32,000 nucleotides of DNA. It comes from Erysipelotrichaceae bacterium (lineage in GTDB: Bacteria > Bacillota_I > Bacilli_A > Erysipelotrichales > Coprobacillaceae). Numbering within the stretch: position 1 is the first letter of the stretch; each line of letters opens with the position of its first letter. The notes beneath the pieces are model-generated. The model did not search any database. It was given only the letters and a program-made list of their open reading frames with translations, and had not been told where the DNA came from. The stretch is from positions 30,001 through 62,000 of the forward strand of contig JAQVDW010000008.1 in NCBI GenBank assembly GCA_028698185.1, written 5' to 3'. A program made the position numbers and the translations under genes. Positions 1 to 9,763 of this stretch are shown in pieces.

Positions 1-2
1 CA

Positions 3-1361
3 TATGCGTTTTTAATAGGACCGGGCAACAACGGTGCCGACGGTCTAAGCTTGGGGCTGAAGTTGGCCTTGAACAAGAAGGAAGTCCAGTTCTACTGTTT
101 TTCCACTCATCATTCCCCTGCCAATTCGCATTACCTTGAACAGGTAGACCAGCTATCCATTCCCGTAGCAAAGATGGATCAGGAAAATCTTGAATCTTTC
201 CAGGAAGAGCTAAACTTGTATGATGTCGTTGTCGACTGCCTTTTTGGTTTTGGTTTGAACAAACCGATGGCGGGGATCTATAAAGATGTGGCTGAGCTAG
301 TAAACAATGAATGCAACAGCGATGTCGTGGCAATCGACATTCCAAGCGGAATGTATTGCGACACTTTCAATGGCGGCGATACCATTATCAAGGCCGATCT
401 GACCGTCACTCTGACCGCTTTGAAGCAGTCTTTCTTGAATCCGGCCAGTCAGGAATACACCGGAAAAATCCAACTTGAATACCTGGACGCTCAAAGTTTC
501 CATAAGCAGCTGGGATTTGCGAGAATTCTTGAGCGTAATGACATGGTCAGGATCATGAAAAAGAGGAATTACGACGACTACAAGCATAGAAACGGAATGG
601 CGATCCATTTTACCGGATCTTCGAGATACCGGGGCGCCAGTGTCTTGGCAGCCAAAGCGGCGGTTTACAGCGGCTGCGGAATTGTGGCTTTGAGCAGCGT
701 CGCTCTGGTGGAACAGGCGGTATGCAACAATGTTCCCGAAGTTGTGTTTGATTTCCTTGAGGGAACGACAATGGAACAAGGTCTGGCCAAATACGATTCG
801 ATCCTTGTGGGCAGTGGCCTGGGGATATCGCTTGAATCCATCAAGACTGTTTTTGGCGTGCTTGAATACGCCCGCGGGCCACTTGTTATCGACGGCGATG
901 CCCTGACGATTTTAGCCAAACGGCAGGAGATATTGAAAGAGATTTCAACGAAGCTGGTGCTCACGCCTCATATCGGCGAATTCAAAAGGTTTTGCCATCT
1001 TGAAGATGGTGACGACGTTATGGCCAAAGCGGTAAGTTTCGCCAGGGAAAACCGAATCATCCTTGTTTTGAAAGGGCCCAACACCATCATCACCGACGGC
1101 AACACAACCTACCGCAATTCGACCGGTTCGATGGCTATGGCCACCGCCGGAAGTGGCGATGTTCTTGCGGGAATGATCTCCTCGTTTCTAGCCCAGGGCT
1201 ACGAACCTCTTAATGCGGCATGCCTCGGGGTCTATTGCCATGGCCAGGCGGGGGAAGAGGTCGCGTTGACCAGCTATATGGCCGTAGCCAGCCAGGTCAT
1301 CGAAAAAATACCGGCAGTTTTGAAAGAATTCGAGGACTGCAATCTTAAATACAGCCGATAA
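3..1361 (+). CDS. nnr: Bifunctional NAD(P)H-hydrate repair enzyme (NnrE epimerase + NnrD dehydratase); the 5' end lies outside the window
   Basis: The listed ORF starts at a TTG at 51, but the frame stays open back to nt 3. The upstream residues read YAFLIGPGNNGADGLS, which is the GPGNNGxDG motif of the YjeF_N epimerase domain. The C-terminal half carries the carbohydrate-kinase-like GSGDVLAGMI motif. Confidence 0.85.
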   Translation, partial: YAFLIGPGNNGADGLSLGLKLALNKKEVQFYCFSTHHSPANSHYLEQVDQLSIPVAKMDQENLESFQEELNLYDVVVDCLFGFGLNKPMAGIYKDVAELVNNECNSDVVAIDIPSGMYCDTFNGGDTIIKADLTVTLTALKQSFLNPASQEYTGKIQLEYLDAQSFHKQLGFARILERNDMVRIMKKRNYDDYKHRNGMAIHFTGSSRYRGASVLAAKAAVYSGCGIVALSSVALVEQAVCNNVPEVVFDFLEGTTMEQGLAKYDSILVGSGLGISLESIKTVFGVLEYARGPLVIDGDALTILAKRQEILKEISTKLVLTPHIGEFKRFCHLEDGDDVMAKAVSFARENRIILVLKGPNTIITDGNTTYRNSTGSMAMATAGSGDVLAGMISSFLAQGYEPLNAACLGVYCHGQAGEEVALTSYMAVASQVIEKIPAVLKEFEDCNLKYSR

Positions 1362-1406
1362 AAAAGCCAGGCGGGAATCAAAATATGATCCCATCTGGCT
1401 TTTTCT
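1362..1406. terminator. Bidirectional intrinsic terminator between convergent nnr and pgeF
   Basis: AAAAAGCCAG...CTGGCTTTTT. The AGCCAG (1365-1370) and CTGGCT (1395-1400) arms enclose an inner GGGA/TCCC pair, with an A-run on one side and a T-run on the other. Confidence 0.6.
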
Positions 1407-2137
1407 TATTTGAATTTTATGAACGTGACATTTCGGCTGCCGTCGCGATTGCGGCGGTGCGAACTGAAAATGTCATTGTGATCGAATGTGTCGAAATCCG
1501 ATACCTTGATGTTTCCGGATGGAACCCCAAATCTTTGCAACTGCGCCTTGTTGAGGCCCTTGTTGTCAAGGAGATAGTGGAGTTCGTCTTTGGCACGGTA
1601 ATAATCGCCTGTGTCAAAACTCATCTTCCTGACCAGATCAATCACATCGTCTTGGACCTCGAGATGCCCTTTGCCAAGAGATGGTCCGATGTATGCATAA
1701 ACGTTCAGGGGATCGACCTGGAATTTTTCAATCAGATAGGCTGTGACCTTTGATGTGATTTCGCTCACCGTACCCTTCCAGCCGGAGTGGATCGAGGCGA
1801 TGATTTTCTTGTCGGCGCAATAGATCATCACCGGAGTGCAGTCAGCATGGAAGCTAAGCAGGACAAGATCATCCTGGCTGATCAGTGCGTCGACCCCATC
1901 GAGATGGCCGAAGTTTCCGGTCACATTGGTCCCCCGGTCGCTGGAGTCGACAACCGCAAAGATGCTGGTGTGTTTCTGGATTGGAGCCACCAGGTCATCG
2001 AAAGCCACGTGCAATGTCAAGGCAAGGTTCTCATGGTTGGCCAGCCGGTTGTTTTCTAGATGGCACGAACCCAACGCCTTGGTCGACGTTCCGACTATAA
2101 CATCGGGATGCAAATCAAAGTATTCAATCTTTTCCAT
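1406..2137 (-). CDS. pgeF: YfiH/PgeF-family (DUF152) purine nucleoside phosphorylase / peptidoglycan editing factor
   Basis: SFHADCTPV and IHSGWKGT match the DUF152 family motifs (ADCxPV, HxGWxG). I start the gene at MEKIEYFD (ATG at 2137, minus strand), which has AAGGAG 7 nt upstream. The start overlaps the rqcH stop by 14 nt. Confidence 0.8.
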   Translation of the reverse strand: MEKIEYFDLHPDVIVGTSTKALGSCHLENNRLANHENLALTLHVAFDDLVAPIQKHTSIFAVVDSSDRGTNVTGNFGHLDGVDALISQDDLVLLSFHADCTPVMIYCADKKIIASIHSGWKGTVSEITSKVTAYLIEKFQVDPLNVYAYIGPSLGKGHLEVQDDVIDLVRKMSFDTGDYYRAKDELHYLLDNKGLNKAQLQRFGVPSGNIKVSDFDTFDHNDIFSSHRRNRDGSRNVTFIKFK

Positions 2138-3770
2138 TTTCAAACTCCTTGACCTGCTTTTCATCGGGATCGATGTAGATCGTCTTGTAGGTGGAAAGGA
2201 TTACCTGACCTGGTTTCGATCCGCCAGGTTTTTTCAGGTTCTTGACCAAGGTGTAGTTGACCGGAACCGATGACGAATTGCGGGCCTTCGAGTAGTATGC
2301 GGCCAAATTGGCCGCGAGACGGATTGTGTATTCATCCGGATTATCGCTGTGGACGATGATATGGGACCCGGGAATGTCCTTGACATGGAACCAGTGGTCG
2401 AACCGCGACGCGTATTTGAAAGTTACATAATCGTTCTGGAGGTTGTTCTTGCCGATGTTTATCTCGATGCCATCCTTTGTGAAGTGGGTCGTAAACTGCG
2501 GCTTCTTGGATTTTTTGGACTTCTGTTTGTTGCGGGCTTTGAGATAGCCCAAGGATTCCAACTCCTCCTTGATTTCCAGGGCATCGACATAGTTCGCGTT
2601 CGAAAGCAGGGTTTTGACACTGTCGAAGTAATCGATCTCGTTTTTGGTCAGTTCGATCTGTTCAAGCAGATGGTCTTTGGCGTTTTTGGCTTTCTGGTAT
2701 CGGTTGTAATACTTCTGACCATTGCCTTTGCCATCGAGTCTTTCGTCGAGAGTGACCGTGATCTTGGTGTCGTCGTAATAGTTGTCCAAGACGACCTGGG
2801 TCATCCCTTTTTTGATCAGGTGGAGATTGCTGTAGATCAGATCGCCGATAATCCGGAATTCATCGGAGTTGTAGCTGCTTTCAAGTTCCTGTTCGAGCTT
2901 GGCGAGTTTTGTCTCGTTTTTCTGGTACTCGTTGGACACGAATTTTTCGAGATTGGCCGTCTGTTGCTTGATCCGTTCTTTCTGGTCAATGAAGCCGAAG
3001 TACTCGTCGAGTCCGCCACTTAGCGAATAGGGCGCGCATTTAGAATCGACCGTGGTCAGGGGCAGGACATGGAAGTATTCCTTGCCGTTTTCATCCTTGC
3101 ACAGGTAGATGTTGTCCGATTCGCTGATGTTATCCATGATCGCCCTGAAGTTTTCGCCGTGGTCGATCCGATAAAGGATTTCCCGGGAAAGTTCCGGTGA
3201 GAATCCTGAGTATGTTTTTGTCAGGTTGTTGCCCGGAACAAGATCCGCCTTAAAAGGGTCCATCTTGTCTTGCAGGGGAGGGAGCTGATAGTTGGCTCCT
3301 GGCTGCAGGATGCGGGTTGTGTTCATCGAAGGCGAGATCCGCTTGAGACAATCGACAATCTTGTTGCTTTCGTCGGTCAGCGTTATGTTCGAATGACGGC
3401 CCATTATTTCAACATACATGAAAAAATTGACCTTGTCGCCTAGTTCGTTGAAGGCCGAAAAATCAAGCCGGGCAATCCGGTCGAGCCCGACCTGTTCGAT
3501 TTTTGTGAGATATCCGCCCTCGAGATGCTTGCGAAAAAGCATCGTCATATGACTCGGGCTTTGGGGAGATACGAAATCCAGGTCGCTAAGTTGCAATCGC
3601 GCATACATCGGATGGCAGGAAAGCAGGAGTTTGTAATTCTGGCGGTTGGCCCGGATTGTCATAAGCAATTCATAAGCGGAAATCTGGTAGATCCGGTTGA
3701 CCCGGCCACCAATTAGCGTGTTGTTTATTTGATTGATGACACGACTCATCAATATTCCATCATATACCAT
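2124..3770 (-). CDS. rqcH: RqcH / FbpA (NFACT-family ribosome quality control factor, Rqc2 homolog)
   Basis: The N-terminus MVYDGILM...LIGGRVNRIYQ is NFACT-N-like. A long charged coiled-coil occupies the middle. The C-terminal NFACT-R motif is WFHVKDIPGSHIIV. At 548 aa the length is typical. Confidence 0.85.
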   Translation of the reverse strand: MVYDGILMSRVINQINNTLIGGRVNRIYQISAYELLMTIRANRQNYKLLLSCHPMYARLQLSDLDFVSPQSPSHMTMLFRKHLEGGYLTKIEQVGLDRIARLDFSAFNELGDKVNFFMYVEIMGRHSNITLTDESNKIVDCLKRISPSMNTTRILQPGANYQLPPLQDKMDPFKADLVPGNNLTKTYSGFSPELSREILYRIDHGENFRAIMDNISESDNIYLCKDENGKEYFHVLPLTTVDSKCAPYSLSGGLDEYFGFIDQKERIKQQTANLEKFVSNEYQKNETKLAKLEQELESSYNSDEFRIIGDLIYSNLHLIKKGMTQVVLDNYYDDTKITVTLDERLDGKGNGQKYYNRYQKAKNAKDHLLEQIELTKNEIDYFDSVKTLLSNANYVDALEIKEELESLGYLKARNKQKSKKSKKPQFTTHFTKDGIEINIGKNNLQNDYVTFKYASRFDHWFHVKDIPGSHIIVHSDNPDEYTIRLAANLAAYYSKARNSSSVPVNYTLVKNLKKPGGSKPGQVILSTYKTIYIDPDEKQVKEFENGKD

Positions 3771-3787
3771 ATTTTATCACCATCAAC

Positions 3788-3796
3788 AGTATAGCA
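3788..3796 (-). promoter_or_regulatory. Candidate extended -10 (TGcTATACT) for rqcH
   Basis: The reverse complement of 3788-3796 reads TGCTATACT, about 20 nt upstream of the rqcH start. No convincing -35 is present. Confidence 0.35.
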
Positions 3797-3878
3797 CAGC
3801 TCTACCTCAAAAGAAACAAGCGATAATTTTAATTAGGACAGTCCATTTTAACGCTATCTTAGGATTCTGTAAAAATAT

Positions 3879-3907
3879 TTGACATTAACTTATATTTTAG
3901 ATAAAAT
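3879..3907 (+). promoter_or_regulatory. Sigma-A type promoter for gmk
   Basis: TTGACA (3879-3884), a 17-nt spacer, then TAAAAT (3902-3907), about 25 nt upstream of the gmk start. Confidence 0.55.
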
Positions 3908-3932
3908 TATGGCGATAAAGGAGTGTAAGTGC

Positions 3933-4490
3933 ATGAGTGGAAAATTGATTATTTTAAGTGGCCCTAGCGGGGTAGGTAAAGGTACTGTTCGCGCCAAATT
4001 GTTCGAAAACAAGTCGTTGAACCTTGGTTATTCGATTTCGATGACAACGCGTCAGCCGCGCCCAAACGAAAAGGACGGGGTCGATTATTTTTTTGTTTCC
4101 AATGACGAATTCGACAAAAAGATTGCCCAAGACGAACTGTTGGAATGGGCGGAGTTTGTCGGAAACAAGTATGGCACACCAAAAGCTTATGTAGATTCAC
4201 TTCTAGAAAAAGGTATCAACGTCCTGTTGGAAATCGAAGTCCAAGGGGCTTTGCAAGTTATGGCGAAATGTCCCGAGGCCCTGACAATTTTCCTGGTTCC
4301 ACCTAGTCTTGAAGAGCTCGAACGGCGCATTCGCGGACGTAGAACGGAAAAAGAGGAAGTTGTTCAAGCCCGGCTGTCAAAGGCGGCCAAAGAAATGGCG
4401 ACTAAAGACGAGTACAAGTTTGTTGTCGTAAATAATACTGTTGAACAAGCAGCTCAAGAAATAGAAGATATTTTAAAAGCACAGGGGTAA
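3933..4490 (+). CDS. gmk: Guanylate kinase
   Basis: P-loop GPSGVGKGT. I prefer the start at MSGKLIILSGP (ATG 3933), which has AAGGAG at 3918-3923. The longer 3879 ORF would begin inside the promoter. Confidence 0.9.
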   Translation: MSGKLIILSGPSGVGKGTVRAKLFENKSLNLGYSISMTTRQPRPNEKDGVDYFFVSNDEFDKKIAQDELLEWAEFVGNKYGTPKAYVDSLLEKGINVLLEIEVQGALQVMAKCPEALTIFLVPPSLEELERRIRGRRTEKEEVVQARLSKAAKEMATKDEYKFVVVNNTVEQAAQEIEDILKAQG

Positions 4491-4511
4491 TTATTTTCAA
4501 TTACCTTTTTT
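4486..4511 (+). terminator. Weak AT-rich hairpin plus T6 between gmk and priA (possible partial terminator)
   Basis: GGTAATT (4486-4492), loop ATTTTC, AATTACC (4499-4505), then TTTTTT. The gmk stop codon lies inside the stem. Confidence 0.4.
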
Positions 4512-4529
4512 GATTATTCGGAGGGATTT

Positions 4530-6722
4530 ATGCATTTAGTGAAAGTTCTAGTCGAGATGCCCGCCCTGGCTTTGGATCAGGAATTCGATTATCTAAGCGT
4601 CAAGGAGATACCGCCCCGGGTGCGGGTAAATATCCTTTTCAACCGTCGCAATGTCATCGGATATGTCACGAAGGTCGAAAAAACTGACCTTACCAAGGGG
4701 GAACTTGAAGCCCGGCTTGGTTACCGGCTGAGCTATATCAAGAATGTCATTGACGAATCGCCGCTGCTAAACGAGGAGCTTGAAACAATCGCCTTCAACC
4801 TGGCCCGCCAGAGCTTTTCAAGCAAGATCGCCTGCATCCAGACGATGCTGCCAAAACAGCTCAAACCGGCGACGGTTCAGGCGGTGGGAAAAAAATACCA
4901 GCTTTATCTAAGCGTGAGTGCAAAGCTGCCCGAAAGGCTGACAAAAAGACAGCAGGAAGGCTACGAATTTGTCAGGGACAAGGGCAAGGTGAAACTGACT
5001 GACTTTCCCTATTCAAAAGCTATTGTCGACAAGCTGATTGCCCTCGAGCTGCTCGTAAAAACGCGAGAGGAAATCTACCGCGAGGCGATGGCAGTGAAAC
5101 TAGAAGGAATACCAGCACCCGAATTGAACCCAGACCAGGCCAAAATCGTCAAGGCGATCATGCTTAAAAAGGACACCAGTTTTACGGCGCTGATCCATGG
5201 TGTCACCGGTTCGGGGAAAACGGAAGTTTATCTAAGTCTGGCTGCGGCTACGATAAAGTCCGGCCGCCAGGTCATCATGCTTGTCCCGGAGATCGCCCTG
5301 ACCCCGATGATGGTCAAAGCTTTCAAGAACCGGTTTGGCGACACTGTGGCTGTCATCCATTCCCGGCTGTCGAGCGGCCAGAGATATGACGAGTACCGCC
5401 GGATCTCCAACCAGGAAGTGGATATCGTGGTGGGGGCGCGTTCGGCGATTTTCGCCCCGCTGGCCAATGTCGGACTGATCGTAATGGACGAGGAACATGA
5501 TTCCAGCTACAAGCAGGACGCCAAAAGTCCGCGTTATGGCACCTTGAATGTCGCCAAAATGCGCTCACGGTTTCACGGCTGTCCCCTGGTTCTCGGTTCT
5601 GCGACCCCTTCTTTGGAAAGCTATGCCCGGGCGAAAAACGGCGTCTATGACCTCTATGAGCTGACCAACCGGATAAACGGACGGGACCTGCCCCATATCA
5701 CCATGGTGGACATGAAAAAGGAGCTCAAAAATCAAAATTACAGCATATTTTCGCAGTTGCTAAAAGACAAGATCCAGGCTACAATTGCCAAGGGTCAACA
5801 GGTCATCCTCCTTTTGAACAAGCGGGGCTATGCCACCGCAATCCAGTGTCTTGAATGCGGTCACGTCATCAAATGCCCACACTGCGATGTGTCCCTTACA
5901 TATCATAAGGACCAGAACAAGTTGAAGTGTCATTACTGCGATTATCAGGTTGATTTTACGGGCCGCTGTCCCGATTGCCATAGCCCGGCGCTCAAACTAA
6001 CCGGCGAGGGCACCCAGAAGGTGGCGGAGCTGATCGAAGCCGAATTCGAAGGGGCCAAGGTGCTACGCTTCGATGTCGACAGCACCCGCAACAAGGACGG
6101 CCATCAAAAAATTCTGGAACAGTTTGAGAACAAGGAAGCCAATATTCTGCTTGGGACCCAGATGATCGCCAAGGGGCTTGATTTCAAGGATGTGACACTG
6201 GTCGGAGTGCTGAACGGGGACGCCGCTTTGAATCTCCCGGATTTCCGGGCCAACGAGCGCTGCTTTGTCCTGCTTGAACAGGTATCCGGGCGGGCGGGGC
6301 GCGACAGCTTGGAAGGGGAGGTCATAATCCAGTCATATGACATCGACCACCCGGTTTACAAGGCCCTTTTGAACCACGATTACCATCAGTTTTTTGTCCA
6401 GGAGATGCGGATCCGGAAAATGGCCAATTATCCGCCGTTTGTCCATCTTGCCAGTGTCCTTGTCACAAGCAAGAGCGAAAAGAATGCAGCAACCCAGAGC
6501 CAGTTGATTGCGAACTACCTGAAAAAGACGTCCGGCCTGGAGGTCCTCGGTCCGGCTCCCTCGCTTATCCACCGTATCGAAGACCATTACCGCTACTGGA
6601 TAATGGTCAAATTCAAAGATTCCAAGGTGATCTACCCCTGCTTACAAAACGTTGTCGCCAAATACCTTAATGACCGCTTTGTCCAGGTGGTTGTCGACTT
6701 CAATCCATACAATCAAATTTAG
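4530..6722 (+). CDS. priA: Primosomal replication restart helicase PriA
   Basis: Walker A GVTGSGKTEVY, a DEEH box (MDEEHD), and a Cys-rich zinc-binding insert (CLECGH..CPHCD..CHYCDY..CPDCHS). GGAGGG lies upstream of the ATG. Confidence 0.9.
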   Translation: MHLVKVLVEMPALALDQEFDYLSVKEIPPRVRVNILFNRRNVIGYVTKVEKTDLTKGELEARLGYRLSYIKNVIDESPLLNEELETIAFNLARQSFSSKIACIQTMLPKQLKPATVQAVGKKYQLYLSVSAKLPERLTKRQQEGYEFVRDKGKVKLTDFPYSKAIVDKLIALELLVKTREEIYREAMAVKLEGIPAPELNPDQAKIVKAIMLKKDTSFTALIHGVTGSGKTEVYLSLAAATIKSGRQVIMLVPEIALTPMMVKAFKNRFGDTVAVIHSRLSSGQRYDEYRRISNQEVDIVVGARSAIFAPLANVGLIVMDEEHDSSYKQDAKSPRYGTLNVAKMRSRFHGCPLVLGSATPSLESYARAKNGVYDLYELTNRINGRDLPHITMVDMKKELKNQNYSIFSQLLKDKIQATIAKGQQVILLLNKRGYATAIQCLECGHVIKCPHCDVSLTYHKDQNKLKCHYCDYQVDFTGRCPDCHSPALKLTGEGTQKVAELIEAEFEGAKVLRFDVDSTRNKDGHQKILEQFENKEANILLGTQMIAKGLDFKDVTLVGVLNGDAALNLPDFRANERCFVLLEQVSGRAGRDSLEGEVIIQSYDIDHPVYKALLNHDYHQFFVQEMRIRKMANYPPFVHLASVLVTSKSEKNAATQSQLIANYLKKTSGLEVLGPAPSLIHRIEDHYRYWIMVKFKDSKVIYPCLQNVVAKYLNDRFVQVVVDFNPYNQI

Positions 6723-6730
6723 GAGAAATT

Positions 6731-7984
6731 ATGGCACGAATTATAATGTTGAAGATTTTAACCAGATATTTTTTGGAAGGCAGCTATTTGAATCTGTCTT
6801 TGAACCAGGAACTAAAAAACGAGAAGCTATCCCGCCAGGACAAGGTTCTGATCACCAAGGTCGTTTATGGTGTGGTCCAGTACCAGCTTTATCTCGAATA
6901 TCTTCTCGCCCCCTTGATCGAGGGCAAGAAAGTCAAGATGCGCGACAAGGTTATTTTGCTTATGGCCCTTTACCAGTTGGAATTTCTTGATTCAATCCCT
7001 GATTACGCGGTTGTATCAAGTAGTGTTAACCTAGCCAAGGCCAAGTCGATCAATGCCGGTAAGTTCGTCAACGCGATCCTGAACTCGTATCTCGCCGGAA
7101 AAAAGCCCGATGTGAACAATGAAGACGAGGATACCCGTATTTCCATCACCACTTCCCATCCTTTGTGGATTGTCAAGCTGTTCAAGGCCCAATATGGCCT
7201 GGACACCACCAAAGCGATCCTGGAATCAAACAACCAGACGCCGCCCCGGACTGCCAGGGTAAATACCTTGAAAACCACCCGTGAGGATATCTGCGCGTCC
7301 AATCCGGACTTTACCATGGGCCTTTTGGCGCCCGATGCGCTGTATTTCAAGGCGGGGAATATCGCCAACACGAAGGAATACCAGGAAGGCCTGGTAACCA
7401 TCCAGGATGAATCTTCGCAGCTGGTTGCCCGAGTGCTTGATCCCAAGAAAACCGATCTGGTCCTGGACATGTGCGCGGCTCCGGGATCCAAGACGACCCA
7501 TCTGGCGATGCTTATGGAAAATCAAGGTGAGATCCACGCCTACGACATCTATGAGCACAAGCTCGAACTGATCAGGGAAGCTTTGAACCGGCTTGATATC
7601 GCAAATGTCAAACTTTTCTGCCAGGATGCCACGACACTCAAGGACACCCTGGAACGTGAGTCATACGACAAGATTCTTATAGATGGACCATGCAGCGGTT
7701 TGGGCGTTATGCGTCGCAAACCGGAAATCCGCTACAATGACAGTTCCGTGCTTGACGAGGTGGCAAAGATCCAGGAGAAATTGTTAGAAAATGGATACTA
7801 TTTATTGAAAAAAGGTGGTAAAATGGTATACAGCACCTGCACCTTAAACAAGAAGGAAAACGAGAAGATGGTGGCATCTTTCATCGCCCGCCATCCCGAT
7901 TGCCAGATCGAATATCAACGGACAATCCTTCCTTTTGAATACCAGAGTGACGGGTTTTATATATGCAAGATAACTAAGGAGTAA
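6731..7984 (+). CDS. rsmB: 16S rRNA (cytosine967-C5)-methyltransferase RsmB/Sun
   Basis: NusB-like N-terminal domain. SAM-methyltransferase motifs DMCAAPGSKTTH, DGPCSGLGVMRRKPE and YSTCT. Confidence 0.85.
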   Translation: MARIIMLKILTRYFLEGSYLNLSLNQELKNEKLSRQDKVLITKVVYGVVQYQLYLEYLLAPLIEGKKVKMRDKVILLMALYQLEFLDSIPDYAVVSSSVNLAKAKSINAGKFVNAILNSYLAGKKPDVNNEDEDTRISITTSHPLWIVKLFKAQYGLDTTKAILESNNQTPPRTARVNTLKTTREDICASNPDFTMGLLAPDALYFKAGNIANTKEYQEGLVTIQDESSQLVARVLDPKKTDLVLDMCAAPGSKTTHLAMLMENQGEIHAYDIYEHKLELIREALNRLDIANVKLFCQDATTLKDTLERESYDKILIDGPCSGLGVMRRKPEIRYNDSSVLDEVAKIQEKLLENGYYLLKKGGKMVYSTCTLNKKENEKMVASFIARHPDCQIEYQRTILPFEYQSDGFYICKITKE

Positions 7985-7987
7985 ACA

Positions 7988-9016
7988 ATGAAACTGATAT
8001 ATGATTTAACTCTTGCCAAGATGCAAGAATATTTTTTGGAAATAAACCAGAAACCTTTTAGAGCCAAGCAGCTATTTGGCTGGCTCTACACCAAAAAGCC
8101 CAACAGCTTCGAGGACATCACAGTCCTTTCCAAAGATCTGCGCGACAGCCTGAGCCGGGAGTTTGTCATCGACGGGCTGAAGATCGCCGACAAACAGATG
8201 TCGAAAGACGGTACGGTCAAGTACCTGTTCGAGCTTCTTGATGGCAACCTGATTGAAACCGTGCTCATGGTCCATGACTACGGATTGAGCCTTTGCGTGA
8301 CCAGCCAGGTCGGCTGCAACATGGGGTGCAAATTCTGTGCCAGCGGCTTGCTCAAAAAGGTCCGCAACCTGACTCCCGGGGAGATGGTCGGACAGGTCAT
8401 GAAAGTTTCCCATGATCTTGACGTCCGAATTTCCCATGTGGTCGTTATGGGAACGGGCGAACCATTCGACAACTACGACAATGTGATGGATTTCGTGAGA
8501 ATCATCAACGATCCGGCCGGATTGGCGATCGGAGCGCGCCACATCACCATTTCAACTTGCGGTATCGTACCGGGGATTGAAAGATATGCCAATGAGGGAA
8601 TCCAGACAAATCTGGCAATCTCGCTCCATGGCTCTAATGACGAAATCCGTGATGTCCTGATGCCGATAAACAAGACATACAACATGGACAAGCTCCGCGA
8701 GGCAGTGGCCAACTATATCGCCATGACCAACCGGCGCGTGACATTCGAATATATCCTGATTGACGGGGTGAACGACGAACTGATCCATGCCCGGCAATTG
8801 GCCCACTATTTGCGGGGGTTAAACGCCTATGTCAATCTGATTCCTTACAACGCCGTGGCCGACAACGATTATAAGCCTTCGTCACCGGAAAAAACCGCGG
8901 CATTCAAGGCGGAATTACTGCGTCTCCATATCAACACCACCCAGCGCAAGGAGCACGGCGGTGACATTGACGGGGCTTGCGGACAGCTGCGGGCGAAAAA
9001 AAGCGGGGTATTGTAA
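7988..9016 (+). CDS. rlmN: Radical SAM 23S rRNA/tRNA adenine-C2 methyltransferase RlmN
   Basis: CNMGCKFC radical-SAM cluster motif, FRAKQLFGW N-terminal motif, and C-terminal GGDIDGACGQL. Confidence 0.9.
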   Translation: MKLIYDLTLAKMQEYFLEINQKPFRAKQLFGWLYTKKPNSFEDITVLSKDLRDSLSREFVIDGLKIADKQMSKDGTVKYLFELLDGNLIETVLMVHDYGLSLCVTSQVGCNMGCKFCASGLLKKVRNLTPGEMVGQVMKVSHDLDVRISHVVVMGTGEPFDNYDNVMDFVRIINDPAGLAIGARHITISTCGIVPGIERYANEGIQTNLAISLHGSNDEIRDVLMPINKTYNMDKLREAVANYIAMTNRRVTFEYILIDGVNDELIHARQLAHYLRGLNAYVNLIPYNAVADNDYKPSSPEKTAAFKAELLRLHINTTQRKEHGGDIDGACGQLRAKKSGVL

Positions 9017-9019
9017 TCG

Positions 9020-9763
9020 ATGAATTATTATGGAAAGACCGATCGCGGCCTGGTCAGGGAACAGAACCAGGATTGCGTATTCTATGATGCCAACCTCAAA
9101 GATCAGGTGATCGCGGTTGTCGCCGACGGCATGGGCGGCCACAAGGCAGGAGAAATTGCTTCCAAAGCGGTTACCAACTATATTGCCAACTACTTCAATG
9201 CCACTCCTCCGTTTCAAAACGGGCAGGAAGCGCTGGCTTTTATCGAGGATGCGATCACCAAAAGCGACGAGGTCGTCAAGAAAATGGCCCAGACCAACAG
9301 CGAGCACCGGGGCATGGGGACCACAATCGCCATGGCTGTTGCCATCAAAAACCAAATCCATATCGCCCATGTGGGTGATTCGCGAGCCTACTTGTTCGAT
9401 GGTACCAGCCTCGAACAAGTAACATCGGACCACACCCTGGTCAACGAGCTGGTCCGCACTGGGGCAATCAGCGTCGAAGAAGCCAAGAACCATTCGAAAA
9501 AACATGTCCTGTACCAGGCAATCGGGGCCAGTGAGAAAATCGAAGCGGCCATCGCCACTCATGATTTCACAAACCGGATGTGCCTGCTTTGTTCGGACGG
9601 CCTTTACAATTGCGTTGAGGACCGGGATATAATCAAGATACTCAAATCCAAAAACAAATTGCCGGCCAAGGTCGAGCAACTGATAAAAAAAGCGAACCTT
9701 AATGGCGGCTACGACAACATTTCGGTTTGCTTGATTGATAATTTGGAGGTTGTCCATGACTAG
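9020..9763 (+). CDS. prpC: PP2C-family Ser/Thr protein phosphatase (PrpC/Stp)
   Basis: ADGMGGH and SDGL PP2C metal-binding motifs. The gene sits immediately upstream of the PASTA kinase and overlaps it by 8 nt. Confidence 0.85.
   Translation: MNYYGKTDRGLVREQNQDCVFYDANLKDQVIAVVADGMGGHKAGEIASKAVTNYIANYFNATPPFQNGQEALAFIEDAITKSDEVVKKMAQTNSEHRGMGTTIAMAVAIKNQIHIAHVGDSRAYLFDGTSLEQVTSDHTLVNELVRTGAISVEEAKNHSKKHVLYQAIGASEKIEAAIATHDFTNRMCLLCSDGLYNCVEDRDIIKILKSKNKLPAKVEQLIKKANLNGGYDNISVCLIDNLEVVHD

Noticed and set aside
2349-3023. Long antisense ORFs opposite recognised genes: 297-779, 665-964, 1385-1753, 1836-2273, 2349-3023, 7003-7491, 8072-8542, 8915-9757, 9789-10163, 10884-11288, 17276-17635, 17689-18261, 21392-21889, 22141-2596, 29798-30244 and others.
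   Set aside because: Each is fully embedded opposite a gene with clear family motifs. They lack RBSs and have skewed, repetitive compositions (V/D/F-rich or R/S-rich), which is typical of antisense frames of moderate-GC genes.
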